From positions 1,798,001 to 1,862,000 of the forward strand of contig JAYWIR010000021.1 of NCBI GenBank assembly GCA_036172245.1: DNA of 64,000 nt. Reading direction: 5' to 3'. Shown in pieces: positions 52,601 to 64,000 of the stretch (positions within the stretch are counted from its first letter, which is position 1; every line of letters begins with the position of its first letter). The notes beneath the pieces were generated by a model, which did not search any database, was not told the origin of the DNA, and saw only the letters and a program-made list of their open reading frames with translations. Position numbers and translations under genes: made by a program. The DNA comes from Raillietiella orientalis. Lineage: Eukaryota.

Positions 52601-54356
52601 TAGGAAGTCCGAGATTCCCGCTTTGTATGTGGGCGATACTACCGAAAGATCGCAAAGAGTCAGGGAAGGTTCCATCTCAAAAGTGGATGCTGGTCCCACA
52701 TCTCCCTCCTCTGGTCGCATTTCGGAGCGGAATGGCTCTCCTATTGTAGGCGAACATTCCTTTTTGGACGTGAGTCAGAAAGGACAGGCCTTTGTGTGGA
52801 ACAGTGGCTTACAGCAAAGTTCGGGAGTGGTTAAGCCCGTGACCTCACATGTCTCATTGAAGCAAGATGAGGAAAGAAATTCCTTCCATGTCGAGAACTC
52901 TCTTTCCCTCGTAAACAGTGCCATCGAGGGAAAAACTGGAAGCGCTCACTCTCGTGGAAGTGCAGATGGGAATCTGCAAGGGGTACTTGCTGCGAAGGGC
53001 TTTGAAGACGGAGTTTCGGAGAGAAAGATCGCAACTAGGGATGAAAGTCGGAAAGCTGCTTTTGCGCAGGAAGGTCTTCACGTTGGAGTGAGGGAAAGTG
53101 AGAATGTGGTCTCAAGGGGAGGCAAATCTCTCACAGCCTCGGCTGGAGAAGGGAGTGCGCGTGTAGTGGGTGGAAAGACAATCGTCGACCACAGGAATCA
53201 CGGTTTTGGCGCGAAAATGGAGAGAGAGAAGAGTCTTGGGTTCTCAAGTCTCTTCCGATCTGGCGATAGCAAGGGGCCCGTGGTGGCGGCGAGAAACTCC
53301 AGTTCTCAGAGAAATGCAGATGCACAGTTTGAGTTTCACGGTGTCCAAGGAGACGCCGGAGCACCATCCAGGGCATCGGGTCTTCGCGAGGAGACCCTCC
53401 AGGCGAAGCCGGAATTCCCTCGTCTTCAAGAAAATTCGGTTGTCGGGAGCAAGTCCTCGCCGCCCTCTGCTGGTCTGGCGTCGCAGCCTTTCTCTTCTCA
53501 GGAACTTACAAAAGAGGAGCTGATGCCAAAGGTTATAGAGGATGCGGCAGGTCCTGGGGTCCATGAGCCCGGCTTTCGGGTGGGAAATTCTGATCTCCGA
53601 GTCGGCAGTTTTGCAACGGACGATCCTGAGTGTTCTTCCGGAGGGGACTTTGGAGAAGCTTCCGGATCGAAGGCATCCAGAAACAGAAATGCTGCTCTTC
53701 CTGCAGAAGAGCGATTCCTCGAAGCTATCGACGAGCGAGACGCATCAATCACCAGTGCCGCTGTTGATGGAGATGGTGCCGACGGAGTACGGAGGCTGCA
53801 AGGAAGTATCCACATGATTTCCGGGGAGCAAAAGCACATTTCGAGTCACGGAAGAATGGGACGCAGGATCGACGTGTCGGCAAGTGATGCAAATCAGGCT
53901 TTGGGAAGGTCGGATGCTGTGCTTTCTTCCTTGGAAGAAGAAAACAGAGGCGCAGCGCGTGCGTCTTCACCGAGAAACCCTAAACAAGCTCGGCGTCTGG
54001 ACAGCTCTTTCCAGAGGATCGACAGCATGCCTTCCGGGCATCCTGGTGGCGCCGATGTCCACAGGCACGTGTTTGCGTACGTTGTTGACGACGACGAAAC
54101 GGAGGAAGAGAGTATCAAAGTCGAAAGCGAGGCGCCGAGAGGAAAGCATTTCAAGATCCTCTTCGTCAGGCCGCCGGTGGACCAGCCTCCCCGAATCCAG
54201 CTGCCTCCGATAGACGTGGCTCCAGATGTCCGCAGCTTGGTCTACGTCTTGCAGCCAAAGCCCAAGCCAGTTCAGGTCCCTCGCTTGAGGGTTGCGTCGA
54301 CCTCCAAGCCGGGCAGGCCGGAAGTCTTCATACTGCGTTACAAGAAAGACGTCTAG
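46682..54356 (+). CDS. Giant (~2,500 aa) secreted Tweedle/DUF243 cuticular protein with 11-aa and 31-aa tandem repeats; two apparent frameshifts in the array
   Basis: Hydrophobic N-terminus (ILLLIIIG; start either ATG 46773 or exon 46682-46717 spliced to 46791) and a phase-1 GT-AG intron 47230-47327. The C-terminus has the four Tweedle blocks 'VHRHVFAY', 'KHFKILFVRPP', 'RSLVYVLQPKP' and 'KPGRPEVFILRYK'. Frameshifts lie at ~49611-49618 and ~50553. Confidence 0.85.
46900..47155 (+). repeat. 33-bp coding minisatellite, QGDMYG(N/T)VA(A/V)(S/T), 6 core copies plus degenerate flanks
   Basis: CAAGGAGACATGTACGGAA recurs every 33 bp from 46917. Confidence 0.95.
48110..52560 (+). repeat. 93-bp (31-aa) coding tandem array: ~34 near-identical units to ~51290, then ~13 progressively diverged units
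   Basis: The unit RGRTQTVNLVPQQQPRAQQPVVAISAAEENR recurs with 93-bp period. Counts are estimated as span divided by 93. Confidence 0.97.
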
Positions 54357-54607
54357 TCCCTTCCGCTCCAGGAAATCCAGGAGAGCACTTTTTCGGCCCC
54401 GAGGTTTCCGTCTTCGCGGGAGAGAGACCTCGGACGGGTTTCAAGCTTGTCGGCATCCCCGGAAAGGGGACCGTGCGAGTCTGCGATCGAGTTGGGAGGA
54501 AGGCGGAACCCGAACTGAATGCAACGCAGGTACCCCGCTGAGCCATCGAGGCTCGTTCACCTGTACCATCACCTTCCTCCTGGAAGCTGCCATCCGTCAC
54601 TGCCTAA

Positions 54608-54613
54608 AATAAA
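54608..54613 (+). terminator. Candidate polyadenylation signal of the giant Tweedle gene
   Basis: First AATAAA, ~250 bp after the stop codon. Confidence 0.5.
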
Positions 54614-54649
54614 CACTTGTTTGAAGATGAGGACGCTGGGACGCAGCCA

Positions 54650-56400
54650 CAAGGGGTTGACAGCTCAGACGACCCTCATCTTCAAAGGGGACCATTCCAT
54701 CCTGCCTCGAGGAATGAGGATCGTTCGCCGGAGCGCCTGGGGCACAGACGCGTCAGTCTGGACTGACTCGCTGGCTGCTAGAGTGATGTTGGAGGAGGCC
54801 AGTCGGAGGGAGGTGACCGCATCCGTGGGTCCGACTCTCCCAGGCAGGGGGAACGCGGCTTGGGAAAGTCCAAGCCAAAGTCGGAGCTGCTTACGAGTGT
54901 GTGAGGAGGGAGTGGAAGGAGGGAGGTCTTCAGGCTCTCCTCGGCACTGCCAAGCGCAACCTGACGAAAGGGTCACTCGGTGTTCGGCAGGCGAGACGCT
55001 TCCACCCTCCTACAGAGGAGCTGGGGACGGAAGCGGGTCTTCTTGCTCCCCCTGCTCTTCGAGAGCCACGCGCAGTCTCCAGCTGAAAACATCCGGCGCG
55101 CATCTACCCCTGCGCGCGAAAGCCTTCTTCGAGCTTCTCCACTTTTTCAGCGGGAACTCGCAGCCGGCCTCCTGTTAGAGTAGTGTAGAGGTCACGAAGG
55201 GAGTCAGCGGCGACAAGATTCCACGGATGGTCCACGGTGGTCCCTACGCTCCTGGAGTGGCGATTCGGGCTCGTCGCCCTCTCACTCTTCCCGAGAGCCG
55301 AAAGCTTTTTCTCCCCTCCCGAGACTCTTCACCGAAGAGACCTTTATCCGGGGAAGGTCACTTGCCCCTCGCCCCTTCCTTTCCTTCCAGTTCCGCTGCC
55401 ACGCGCTTTGTTCGACCACGCCTTCCGGCCTCAGGTTTGGCGCGTGCCATCCCTGCCATGAGCGGGCGTGCTCAGAGAGGGAAGGGCCTGGACCGACCCG
55501 CCCTGGTGGGGTCCGCATTCCTCCTGCACGGTCCGGAAGCGCGTCGCAGCTCCTGGGATTCAGCCTGGAAGACCTCTCCGATGACCTTCCCTCGAGGGCT
55601 CCTTGCTTCAGCTTCCCCTTCAGACAGCGACCACAGCTCCTCTGCAGCGCTTTTTTACGCCTTTCTGCCTGGCACACCAGAAGCAACCGCTGCTTCCCGG
55701 AAGGCGGGGTCGTTCCGCGAGCCACGCGCTCCTCCCCCACTGCAGCATCTTTCTGCAGCCTCCAGCACCCCACTAGAGGCCCTCGCGCATAAGACACGAA
55801 AGAAGACTTCCTGCACTTCCCTCGAAACGGTAGGAGACCCGAGGGCGGGTTCCTGTTAGAGGGTTTCCAGAAGCAATTCAGTGACTCCGTGGCCTTGCCT
55901 ACCGTTTCCAGAGAAACAACGCCCGTCCGCCTGCGGGCACGTCTCTGCCGTACCTTCTGGAGCCAGTACGGCTCTCCTTGCCTGGGTACGAGCTCGCGGG
56001 CTTTGCGGGAAGGACTTGGCCCCCCGATCAGAATCCGCAGCTTTGGTCCACTGAGGATGATTCTGTCTTTGATCTAGATTTCCACAGCTACGCTTCCAGT
56101 CCGAGGCAGTCAATTCCAGGGTGACCACCCCTCAAAGATCACTGCCGCGCTCACGCCTCGGGTTGAAATCCCCTGCATCCCAGTCAGCCCGAGAGAGCTG
56201 CTCTTGGGGAGCTCAGACTCCTCGTTCGGGAAGACGCCCAGCCGAGCCGCTTTGCTGCGCCCCAGCAGCTGCTGGAGCGGATCGCGCGTCTCGGCCGGGA
56301 GGCGCCACCTCTGCGCGGGAAGTACGTTGCAGCAGCCGACTGCATTCTGGCTCTCCTTTCCTTCCAGCTGACCAGGTTGCTCCCCTCTCGCCGAGTTTGG
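54650..56400 (-). mobile_element. GC-rich decayed retroelement sequence (probable LINE ORF1 region)
   Basis: Composition matches the other LINE remnants, and there is a knuckle-like 'RCFSGNGRQGH' in ORF 55856-56128(-). Confidence 0.3.
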
Positions 56401-56419
56401 TCACCTTGCGACCGGGTCT

Positions 56420-56980
56420 TCCTGTACGCCACCTTCCACAGCACGGGACGGGAAGACAAAAAAAACGCCGTTCGCAAATTCTGGCTCAGAGCAAAACGCG
56501 AGAGAAAATTCGGAAGCTGTGAATCTCCTTCCAGAACAGGTCACCAGGTCATCAATGAGCAGCAAACGCCATCCGCAATTTCTGGCTTGGATCGAAACGC
56601 TAGTGAAGAGTCTTTCTCCACAGGTTACCGGAAGACGGCGAACGCCGTCCGCAATTTCCGTCCTGGAGCAAAACGAGAAAGAAAAGATCGCAACCTTGAA
56701 TCTCCTTTCACAACAGAAGACAAGTGGACAGCAGCCACCGGTATCCATTTCTGGGCTGGAGCAAAATCCAGGAGAAAAGACTGCAACTTTGAATCTTCTT
56801 TCTCAGAAAGATACTGGAAGGCAGCAGCCACTGGTTGCCATTTCTGGCTTGGAGGAAAATGCGAAAGGACAGATCGCAACTGTGAATCTTCTTTTTGAAC
56901 AATACGAATCCAATAACCAGATGCAGAATCCGTTAGAGCTGAGCAAAGAACACCGCGGACCGTTATTCAATTTCCCAAAG
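56420..56980 (+). pseudogene. Detached, frameshifted copy of ~5 diverged 31-aa Tweedle repeat units ending at a splice donor
   Basis: 'IATLNLLSQQKTSGQQPPVSISGLEQNPGEKTATLNLLSQKDTGRQQPLVAISGLEENAKG' matches the diverged units at 51.8-52.5 kb. The 5' units are out of frame. Confidence 0.7.
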
Positions 56981-57199
56981 GTGAGTTTCAAAGTTTCCAT
57001 TGACGCGGTAGGGAAAAAAGTCCGGCAAAAAACAACGCCCGTCTCCGTGGGTCCTTCACGTAACTTTGAACAGAAGGGCACTTTTTCGTGAGTGCCAATT
57101 GAACATCATTGATGATTTATAATGAGCTCATCTCTTTTGCTGCTTCTTCCGTTCTCAATTCGCACCATTTCTCCGCGATGCCACGGTAACCTTATGGAC

Positions 57200-57886
57200 A
57201 ATTTAGGTGACATCTCCCTCCCCACCCTGTTTGTCTCCGAAGGGGAACCTAGAAGGGAATCTCCTTCCTCATTCTCTCCAGAGGGACACCCCCCGTAATG
57301 GGGGGTGGTCCTCTGCATTTCATCTCCTCCGAAGGGAGCTCTGAAAGCATCCGCTAGTAGGAATTTCTTCTCCGGAGGGAACCCGCAAGGGAACCTCTCC
57401 TGTTCGCTCCTCTGAAGAGAACCCCGAAGGGACGCTTCCGAAACTCAGAAGGGGCGCTGCAGCTTCCCGCATTGGATCGCTCTCGCTTGCTTTCTTGCAC
57501 TCTTCTGGAGAGGCGACGACTCGGAGTGTCCCCCCCGCAACGGGGAGGGTCCGCTCCTTTGAACAACTGGAGAGGTGCCTGTGAAGGCTCCTGATCCATC
57601 TCGAAACCGGAGGGGTGCCCCGATGTGGGGGGTCCGCTCTATGTTGTACGACCGGAGGGGGAACTCCCCACTCCTTGATTCCTGGAAGGACCTGAAGGTC
57701 GACTCCCATTGCTCCGGCCTTCATCGGGGGCCTCCGGCTATAGCCGCTACCGGTGCTGCGCCCGAATGTTTGTAGGCCAACCAGCGCCATCTTGCAGGAG
57801 GAACTCGGAGCCCAGCGAAGCAGTGGCGTCGGTTTCTGCTGGAGTATTCGAACCCGCGACGCATGGGACGCGGACGCCTTAACCAC
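57200..57886 (-). mobile_element. Copy of the tRNA-headed GC-rich repeat
   Basis: The minus strand reads GTGGTTAAGGCGTC...GGGTTCGAATAC (A-box and B-box-like), then GAGTTCCTCCTGCAAGATGGCGCTGGTTGGCC. The body is colinear with 39150-39570. Confidence 0.7.
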
Positions 57887-59916
57887 AAAGTCTTCGACGC
57901 GGGCGAAAGATTGGTACCGGAAGCGTCTTGAGGCTGTTGATTGAGTACTTCATTTCACTGTGGGTTTCTGCACAGTACTGATCTGATGCTGAGCCTGAGG
58001 AAAGCAGCGATGATGAGCATGTGAGAGGAAGGACCTCGTGTCGCTTCGCGCATTCAGGTGGTTTGTTTTGCGAGAGCTCCTTTCAAAGTTGCCATCTTCC
58101 TTTCATCCTCAGTATCTGGGTGGTGCACTGCATGGATCTGCGCCTCCATCTAGTGGCAAAGTGAAGAAGTTTCAATCCTTGCAGTTGAATAGCGATCCGC
58201 ACACCTAGAGAGAGAGAGAGAGAGAAGAATAGGAGACCGAAAAAGATGGTAGCAGCAGAGCCACGAATCGGTGGCCCTTGAGCCTACACAGACACACACA
58301 ACACACGCACGCACGCACAAAAAGACAATCAAAAACAAAGGCGAAGATCGCGACAGCGGGAAGTTGGAGAAGGGCGGAACTGAGAAAAGCGATGAGCGCA
58401 GTCCGTGATTTCTTGCAGCTTTTTTTCTGTGCCACTTTTTTCTCGGCTTCCACGCCCGCTGCTTCCAGGAGCTTTCACTTCTCCGTCGTCGCCAGTGCAC
58501 CAGTGGTCCTCGAGGAAGTCGTGTCGTGTTTCCGTAAGGCATGCAGCTCCTCAAGGTGAATTTTTGCTCGTCTCGTGTTTCGGTTGGTGGTGGCGGCAGA
58601 AAAGAGACTAATTCGCCCACGTTCTCTTGTGGTTATTCGGCGCCATGCTGTTGCGAACCCAACCGACGTTTGCGGGCAACTTTTCTTCTCTCATCCGGCC
58701 GTTTTGCGCTGTCTGGATCTCTGATTATCCTCGGAATACGTGTGCCATGGTGTCCGCGAGAGGGCGAAGCGTGAAAAAAAAAGGAGCAAAACTCGAAAAT
58801 AAATAAATAAATAGAGGGGGAGAGAGGCGGGGGGTGAGTCGGTTGGTTCAACGTGCAGTAAGGCAACTTCCTCCGGTCATCCGTTCGTCTCATCGTGAAT
58901 CTCGAACGCTATTCCCAGGGAACTCTGAAAGAGACCGACGTGCGACGGTCCGCGTGTGGCGAAAGCTCTCCTTCGCGCGAAGCCCCAAATTTCTTCCCCG
59001 GAACTGGCGGCCTCTCAAGCTTCGAAGTCCAGCGCCCACGCCCCAGCCGAAAGCGCTGACCCCCCACTTGCCACCGTGATGAATGCCTCCGGGGGCGCGC
59101 CGCGAACGATTCACTTTTTGCAAGCGAGGCGAAGAAGCAGCGTTAGCGGGGGGTTGGGTTCGCCAGCATTTCACGTCGGTCCTCTGCAACAGTTTTTTGC
59201 AGATGAACGCTCTTCTAAAAGAAATAAAACCGAATGTCCAATGAATTTCTACCGTTCGACTTGGTGCTGGTGAGTCGGAAGCTGCGGATCACCACGGAGA
59301 GGGTGAAGCAAAGGTGCGACATCCTTCTGCTCGCGGATTCCGAACGGCGCTCAAGGACTCCTCCGCAGCTCCACTGTGACCGCTCCACGAAGCGATTTCC
59401 TAGGAGACCGATTTCGGAAAAGTTCATCTCCAGAGAGCGACCAAACAGGAAATTCTGGGTGGAAAGCAATGAATCATCGCTTCGAAGCCATAGCCACCAA
59501 GGTTTGCCAACGGGAAGACGGAAGCATCGATCAATACGCTCCCAACTAAACAGGGAAAACGAATAGGCCGAATCAAGTTTGAAAGGAGACTCGCTCACAG
59601 CATCCAGGTGCCTACGATGGGTTCCAAAAACGAAAGAGAGCCTCACATTGCCGACGTTTTCTTAATGTTGGAACCAATCGCATGACTGGCGCTGGGCTCT
59701 ACGATTCCATAACGTGCACAGGACGTAAAAGGGCGGGAAAAGCTGGGAAACTGCATGACTTCCCCCAAAGTTCCAGGTCAGAGGTGCTTGTCGAAAAGTA
59801 GAGCGAGCACGGCGAGCAAGAAATAGCAAAAGAAACAAAAAACAAAAAAAAAAAAAACTGCATTTTTTTTTTTTTTTTTAAAATATTGATTAATCTATCT
59901 TCTTTTTCTCCTGCAG

Positions 59917-60228
59917 AGTATTTTGTTAGTCGTTGCTTGCGAGATTCTCTGCACAGCTTCTCAAAATTCCAACTCATCCGAAACTCTGGACAGGAATGAG
60001 ACAGGGACAGTTCGTTCCGGTAACTACGCAACTGCTTATGCGAGACGATGGCATTTCTTCGTAGATCTCGGACCGCAGTTCGCGCCACCATATGAAGAGA
60101 GGACCATAATTTACTTTTTGCAGCCAAAGCAGAAACCCGTTGCTGTCCCAACAGTCCAGAGAGCCACCACGCAGAAGCCGAGCAGACCTCTTGTCTTTTT
60201 TGTGCCGTACCCTCGGAACAACAGCTAG
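59917..60228 (+). CDS. Small Tweedle/DUF243-like secreted protein (terminal exon; first exon not identified)
   Basis: Strong acceptor (TTCTTTTTCTCCTGCAG), hydrophobic 'SILLVVACEILCTA', then 'EERTIIYFLQPKQKPVAVP...KPSRPLVFFVPY', which aligns with the last two DUF243 blocks of the giant gene. Confidence 0.7.
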   Translation, partial: SILLVVACEILCTASQNSNSSETLDRNETGTVRSGNYATAYARRWHFFVDLGPQFAPPYEERTIIYFLQPKQKPVAVPTVQRATTQKPSRPLVFFVPYPRNNS

Positions 60229-60779
60229 AGAGAGCCCCCGTGCGTAGATGACTCGTCTGTGAAATCGAGTGGGATCCCTGCTTCTACTCCTTGATGAAGT
60301 TTGCCAGTCGCGTGTGATTTAAGGAAACGCGCATTGATGGTAGCCAATGGTCACCATTGAAGCACACTCCCTGTGGTTTTCATTTCACCGAACGCTGTGC
60401 ACTCTCTTCATGGTCAGAGTCTTTTCAAGGGATTTTTTTGCGCTGCCTCGCAAAGCACTGAGCTTCCAGGTCCACTCGCGCTGCCTCTCGAAGAAGCAGC
60501 TCTCTTCCGTGGGGGTTATAGCTGCTCTTCGGCGCCTCTTGGAAATCTCTCTGCTCCTGAGAACAGGAAAGTGCGTTCTTTCGAACGTCCGGAATTCAAG
60601 GAAAGCAAAGCCATCTAAAGTTGCACTCATCTGTTTCGGAGAAAAAAGACAGTGATGCTACACCTGAGAGCAGATTCATACATTTTGTAAGTTCCTGCTC
60701 CACGCATACACGATGGACTCCTTCTGCCCATTCCGAAACTCGCTACCTCTTTGGGAAAGCAGACTATTCTGCCCCGCTG

Positions 60780-60960
60780 GTACCTTTCCTCGTGGGTGCG
60801 GTTATGCAGCTGTTCTACAAGATACGATTCAAAGTTCACGCCGAGAAGCTTCCCGTTAAGATGAAAACGTGGGGTCTCTGCAGTCGTGTGCTCGAGTGGC
60901 TGCTGACAGATACGTGGAGAAGATTGTTCGACGGCCTTCGGGGTATCTGCAGACAGCGTT
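60780..60960 (+). mobile_element. CR1/L2-like RT fragment
   Basis: 'FKVHAEKLPVKMKTWGLCSRVLEWLL' resembles 'FD.V.H..L..KL...G.....L.W'. Confidence 0.5.
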
Positions 60961-61074
60961 CCGGTTAAGAGAAAACAGAAAGCATGCGGTATAGCGGTGC
61001 TGATCCGGGAGAGATGGTGCCGAGTCGTATTTGCAATTCCTGTTGGTGTTACACTCCGAGGTATTGCTGGTCTG

Positions 61075-61900
61075 TCACTGTGGTCCAGCGCCTGAGACAC
61101 AACAGGCAGAAAACTTTCCCCTTTCGTTCCTCAGATCATTTTTCTTTTTGCTCGCGCACCTGCTGATAAGCTTGAATTTTCCTACTCGGAGACCTTGCAT
61201 CACGAGAAGATGCACATGGCTCTGTATCCACGGTCCTGCGCAGGAATTTCGAACATCAAGTGAGGACTTGGTTGCCTGCGAATCAAGCAAGGAAGCAATC
61301 AGAGTCGAACACGTTGGGGTATAAGCTGCGTGCGATTTGCTTGCTTCGAGATCGAAGTTTCTGAGCGTAGAGTTCAAAGAAAGGTCCATTACCAGTGGGA
61401 GCAACATCCGCAGCATCCTCCAGCTCCCATGCTTTCACCGCTGAAGGGCGCCCTGCCACCGAAGCGCTCGCATGCATTCCATTCATTCCGTGGAATCTGA
61501 AATCGCGTTCGGGTCGATGCAACCGCTGCTGTGGAAAGTCCGACGCCACCATGCTGAAAAGCAAAGAGTTATCCGTCTTTCTCGACAGGTGATGACACGT
61601 CGGTTTCGAGAGAATGATGCAGAGGGCCGACCCCCACTCAGCGCATCCGTTCACGGGAATCCAAGTTCAGGACGGGACTTTCCTGTTCCTCCTCGAAGGT
61701 AACTACTTTCGCAGCCGGGAGCGGACTGTGCAGCTCGAGCGTCCTGGAACTTTCGGCCCCACGGTTGATCCACCGAATCATCATATTTTTAGGTTGTTGA
61801 TGACGACTGCTAGCACTGTTACTTTTCTTCAGCGTGCTTCTCTGCAACGCGGCGCATTCAGCGCAATGACGTCGAGCTGCCAGCATGGCATTCCTCGGCG
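61075..61900 (-). mobile_element. Decayed non-LTR RT fragment
   Basis: 'HASASVAGRPS', 'LLPLVMD', 'AAY' and 'GLRVGKFK' (GL..N..K) in RT domain order. Confidence 0.35.
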
Positions 61901-64000
61901 CAGCTTGGGTTCACCTGGATATTCTATCGAATTCCCAGCATCTTAAATCCATCTCAAATCTGCTTTGGGACTCCTCATTTCACAGTGATGATGCCTACTG
62001 TGATCTCACTGAGACACAGCACGTGCATGGAGAATCATGCCAGCGCAGCATTTTTCCTAAGGTTCGGAAGCAATACCTCGGATGCTTGTGTTTCCCAATC
62101 GCACTTGCAAGCTACCTGCAATTGTGAGAAACGCAGCCTGCTGTGTATAAGTATGATTTTCACACACACGAGGAATGCACAAACGACGCCGAATCAACGA
62201 TTTGCAATCAACTGAGTAAAATCGAGCATCTCGCGTTCGCATATGGTCCATCCGCTTTCTTCCTCATGTTCATGCGCTGGTTACTTTTGGCTCTCCCATT
62301 TCCAAGTGTTCCACATATGTCTATAACTTTGTGCTTCACAGAGCCGCACGAGCAAGGATGGAGTGCTAAGATAACACGAAGCGAAAACAAACTAAAATTA
62401 ACTTTCAGCAGCCCTTTTCAGTGCACCATCTGAGGTACCGAAGCTGCGCGGCCTTTCTTCCTCTCTTATCTCGTCGCCACCGTTTGTCTTCTCCTCGTGT
62501 CAGGCACGATGGCGAAGGATGCGTCTGATGTTTGGATTTGGGATGGACTCTTCCTCTGGTCAAATACTGTCGCCCTTTCGGCGAATGTGGACCACGCCGT
62601 GGTCCTTTCACAGGAGTGGGCGGTCTTTTCACCGCCTCTCCACTCGCTTGAATAAATGCGTTGAGATTTTTACGATTGTTTGAGAGAGTTTATGGCGTCC
62701 AAAAAAGAGGAGTTTTGCGATGCTGCTCTCAAGATCTCGTTGAGTTCGCTAGGAGATTTCTCGGAGCAGTGGATTCTGGATGATTCAGGCATTCGAAGTT
62801 GAATCCTCAACCGCCCCCTCAGCTCACTGCGGTGCGCTTCCTGATTTTAGAGAACGCCATCTCGATGCGCGCGCATTGCGTGTCCATCAGAAGGATGGAG
62901 GACAATGCCATTCTAGTTCATCATCTGATAGATCTGTAGAACGGGGATTCGTTTCCGGGGTGACAGGAAACCAGAATTCGTTTTCCGGCCCGTCTCTGAG
63001 ACATTTACGACGTGGAACGCAAATACCACCAGAATATCGCTTCTCGGCCTTTTGGTTGAGATCAAAGAGTAAAGTAAAATGCTACGCTGCATTTTGTTCT
63101 TTCTGCTGCTCTTTCACTTTCCACTCTGGACGCTCTTTCCGAGATCCGATGGGGGAGGATTAAGATCTGTGGTTTCAATTCTTGTGCCCTCCTACTAATC
63201 TCGAATGTCCTTGTGGATGGGCATCCTTCCATCAATGTGATGCTGCCACTTGCGCGGATGTTTCGGTCCACCGTTCGTGCTTCCGCGATGAATTGACAGG
63301 GATGGTTGATCACTGACACGTGGGACGAATCTCCCTCAAGAGAATTTGTTGCAGCGATCGTATGCTCCCAGATTGGTATGTCCTGGATCTGGTCCGCGAA
63401 TCTTTTGCGTGGGGAAGATAACAAAAGCAGGGAATTCAATGCAGTCAGTCTTTTTCCTTTGTGAGCAGCAGCGGAGAGATTACGAAGAGTCGGTTTGAAT
63501 TTGCGGGCTTAGGCATGGCTCGTGGAAGACTTTGTGCTGCTCTTGGAGTTGTCACCAAGGAGTCTCTGTTCTTCCGCAACACCCGGCGTCAGCCATTCGC
63601 TCGGACTTCGATGACCCGTTTTTTAAAGGATAACTGGGAAGCAATCTTTAAACGCTCTTTTCCTGACAAACAGCATGTGCATGCAAGTCCTGATGAGAAT
63701 CCGTTTCCTTGGCTACGCTGCTTCAAGACAGAATCGCACAGGATGATGAATGAGTTCTAGCCGTTGCTGACGCGATTTCTTCTTGCTCTCATGAGTTACC
63801 TGGTGCAATCTCCGTTCGTTCGCGAACTGGATTCCAGTGGGTTCTAATTCTTTTTTTTCTTCCTTTCTCTTGGAAGCTGGGCATAATTCGCATTCCAGGA
63901 AAAATGTGCCATCAGATTATCATTCGTGATGGTAACATCATAACATCCCAATACGGAAAGTCTTCCTTGGATTGGCTTCCATCCTGGCCGTCTGCGGATA

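Noticed and set aside
27576..58225. Short microsatellites and homopolymers ((GA)n ~27576 and ~58207, (TA)n ~28210, poly-A/T runs)
   Set aside because: These are ordinary simple repeats.

Overview
This is eukaryotic DNA, probably arthropod or crustacean (inferred from Tweedle/DUF243 genes and very short GT-AG introns). It has three zones. (1) 1-8.3 kb is a GC- and CpG-rich nest of decayed L1/Tx1-like non-LTR retrotransposon pieces, including two 3' ends with the zf-RVT Cys/His motif and a repeat with a tRNA-like head. (2) About 8.3-27 kb is an AT-rich, visibly CpG-poor block of host genes: a HOIL-1/RBCK1-like RBR gene whose catalytic RING2 exon is destroyed, a compact moonraker (KIAA0753)-like gene, and RPL26, whose stop codon lies only 33 bp from the moonraker-like stop. 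(3) 27-64 kb holds many more LINE remnants, two local duplications and a Tweedle cuticle-protein locus. That locus includes a ~2,500-aa gene built from 11-aa and 31-aa tandem repeats ending in DUF243, a ~105-aa mini-Tweedle exon, and decayed paralogous pieces. The best leads are the RING2-dead HOIL-1-like gene, the giant repeat Tweedle, and a dispersed element combining a tRNA-like head with a CAAGATGGCG motif, which may be a new SINE or the 5' end of the LINE family. All family calls come from motif recognition by eye. No database search was run, and transposon boundaries are approximate.
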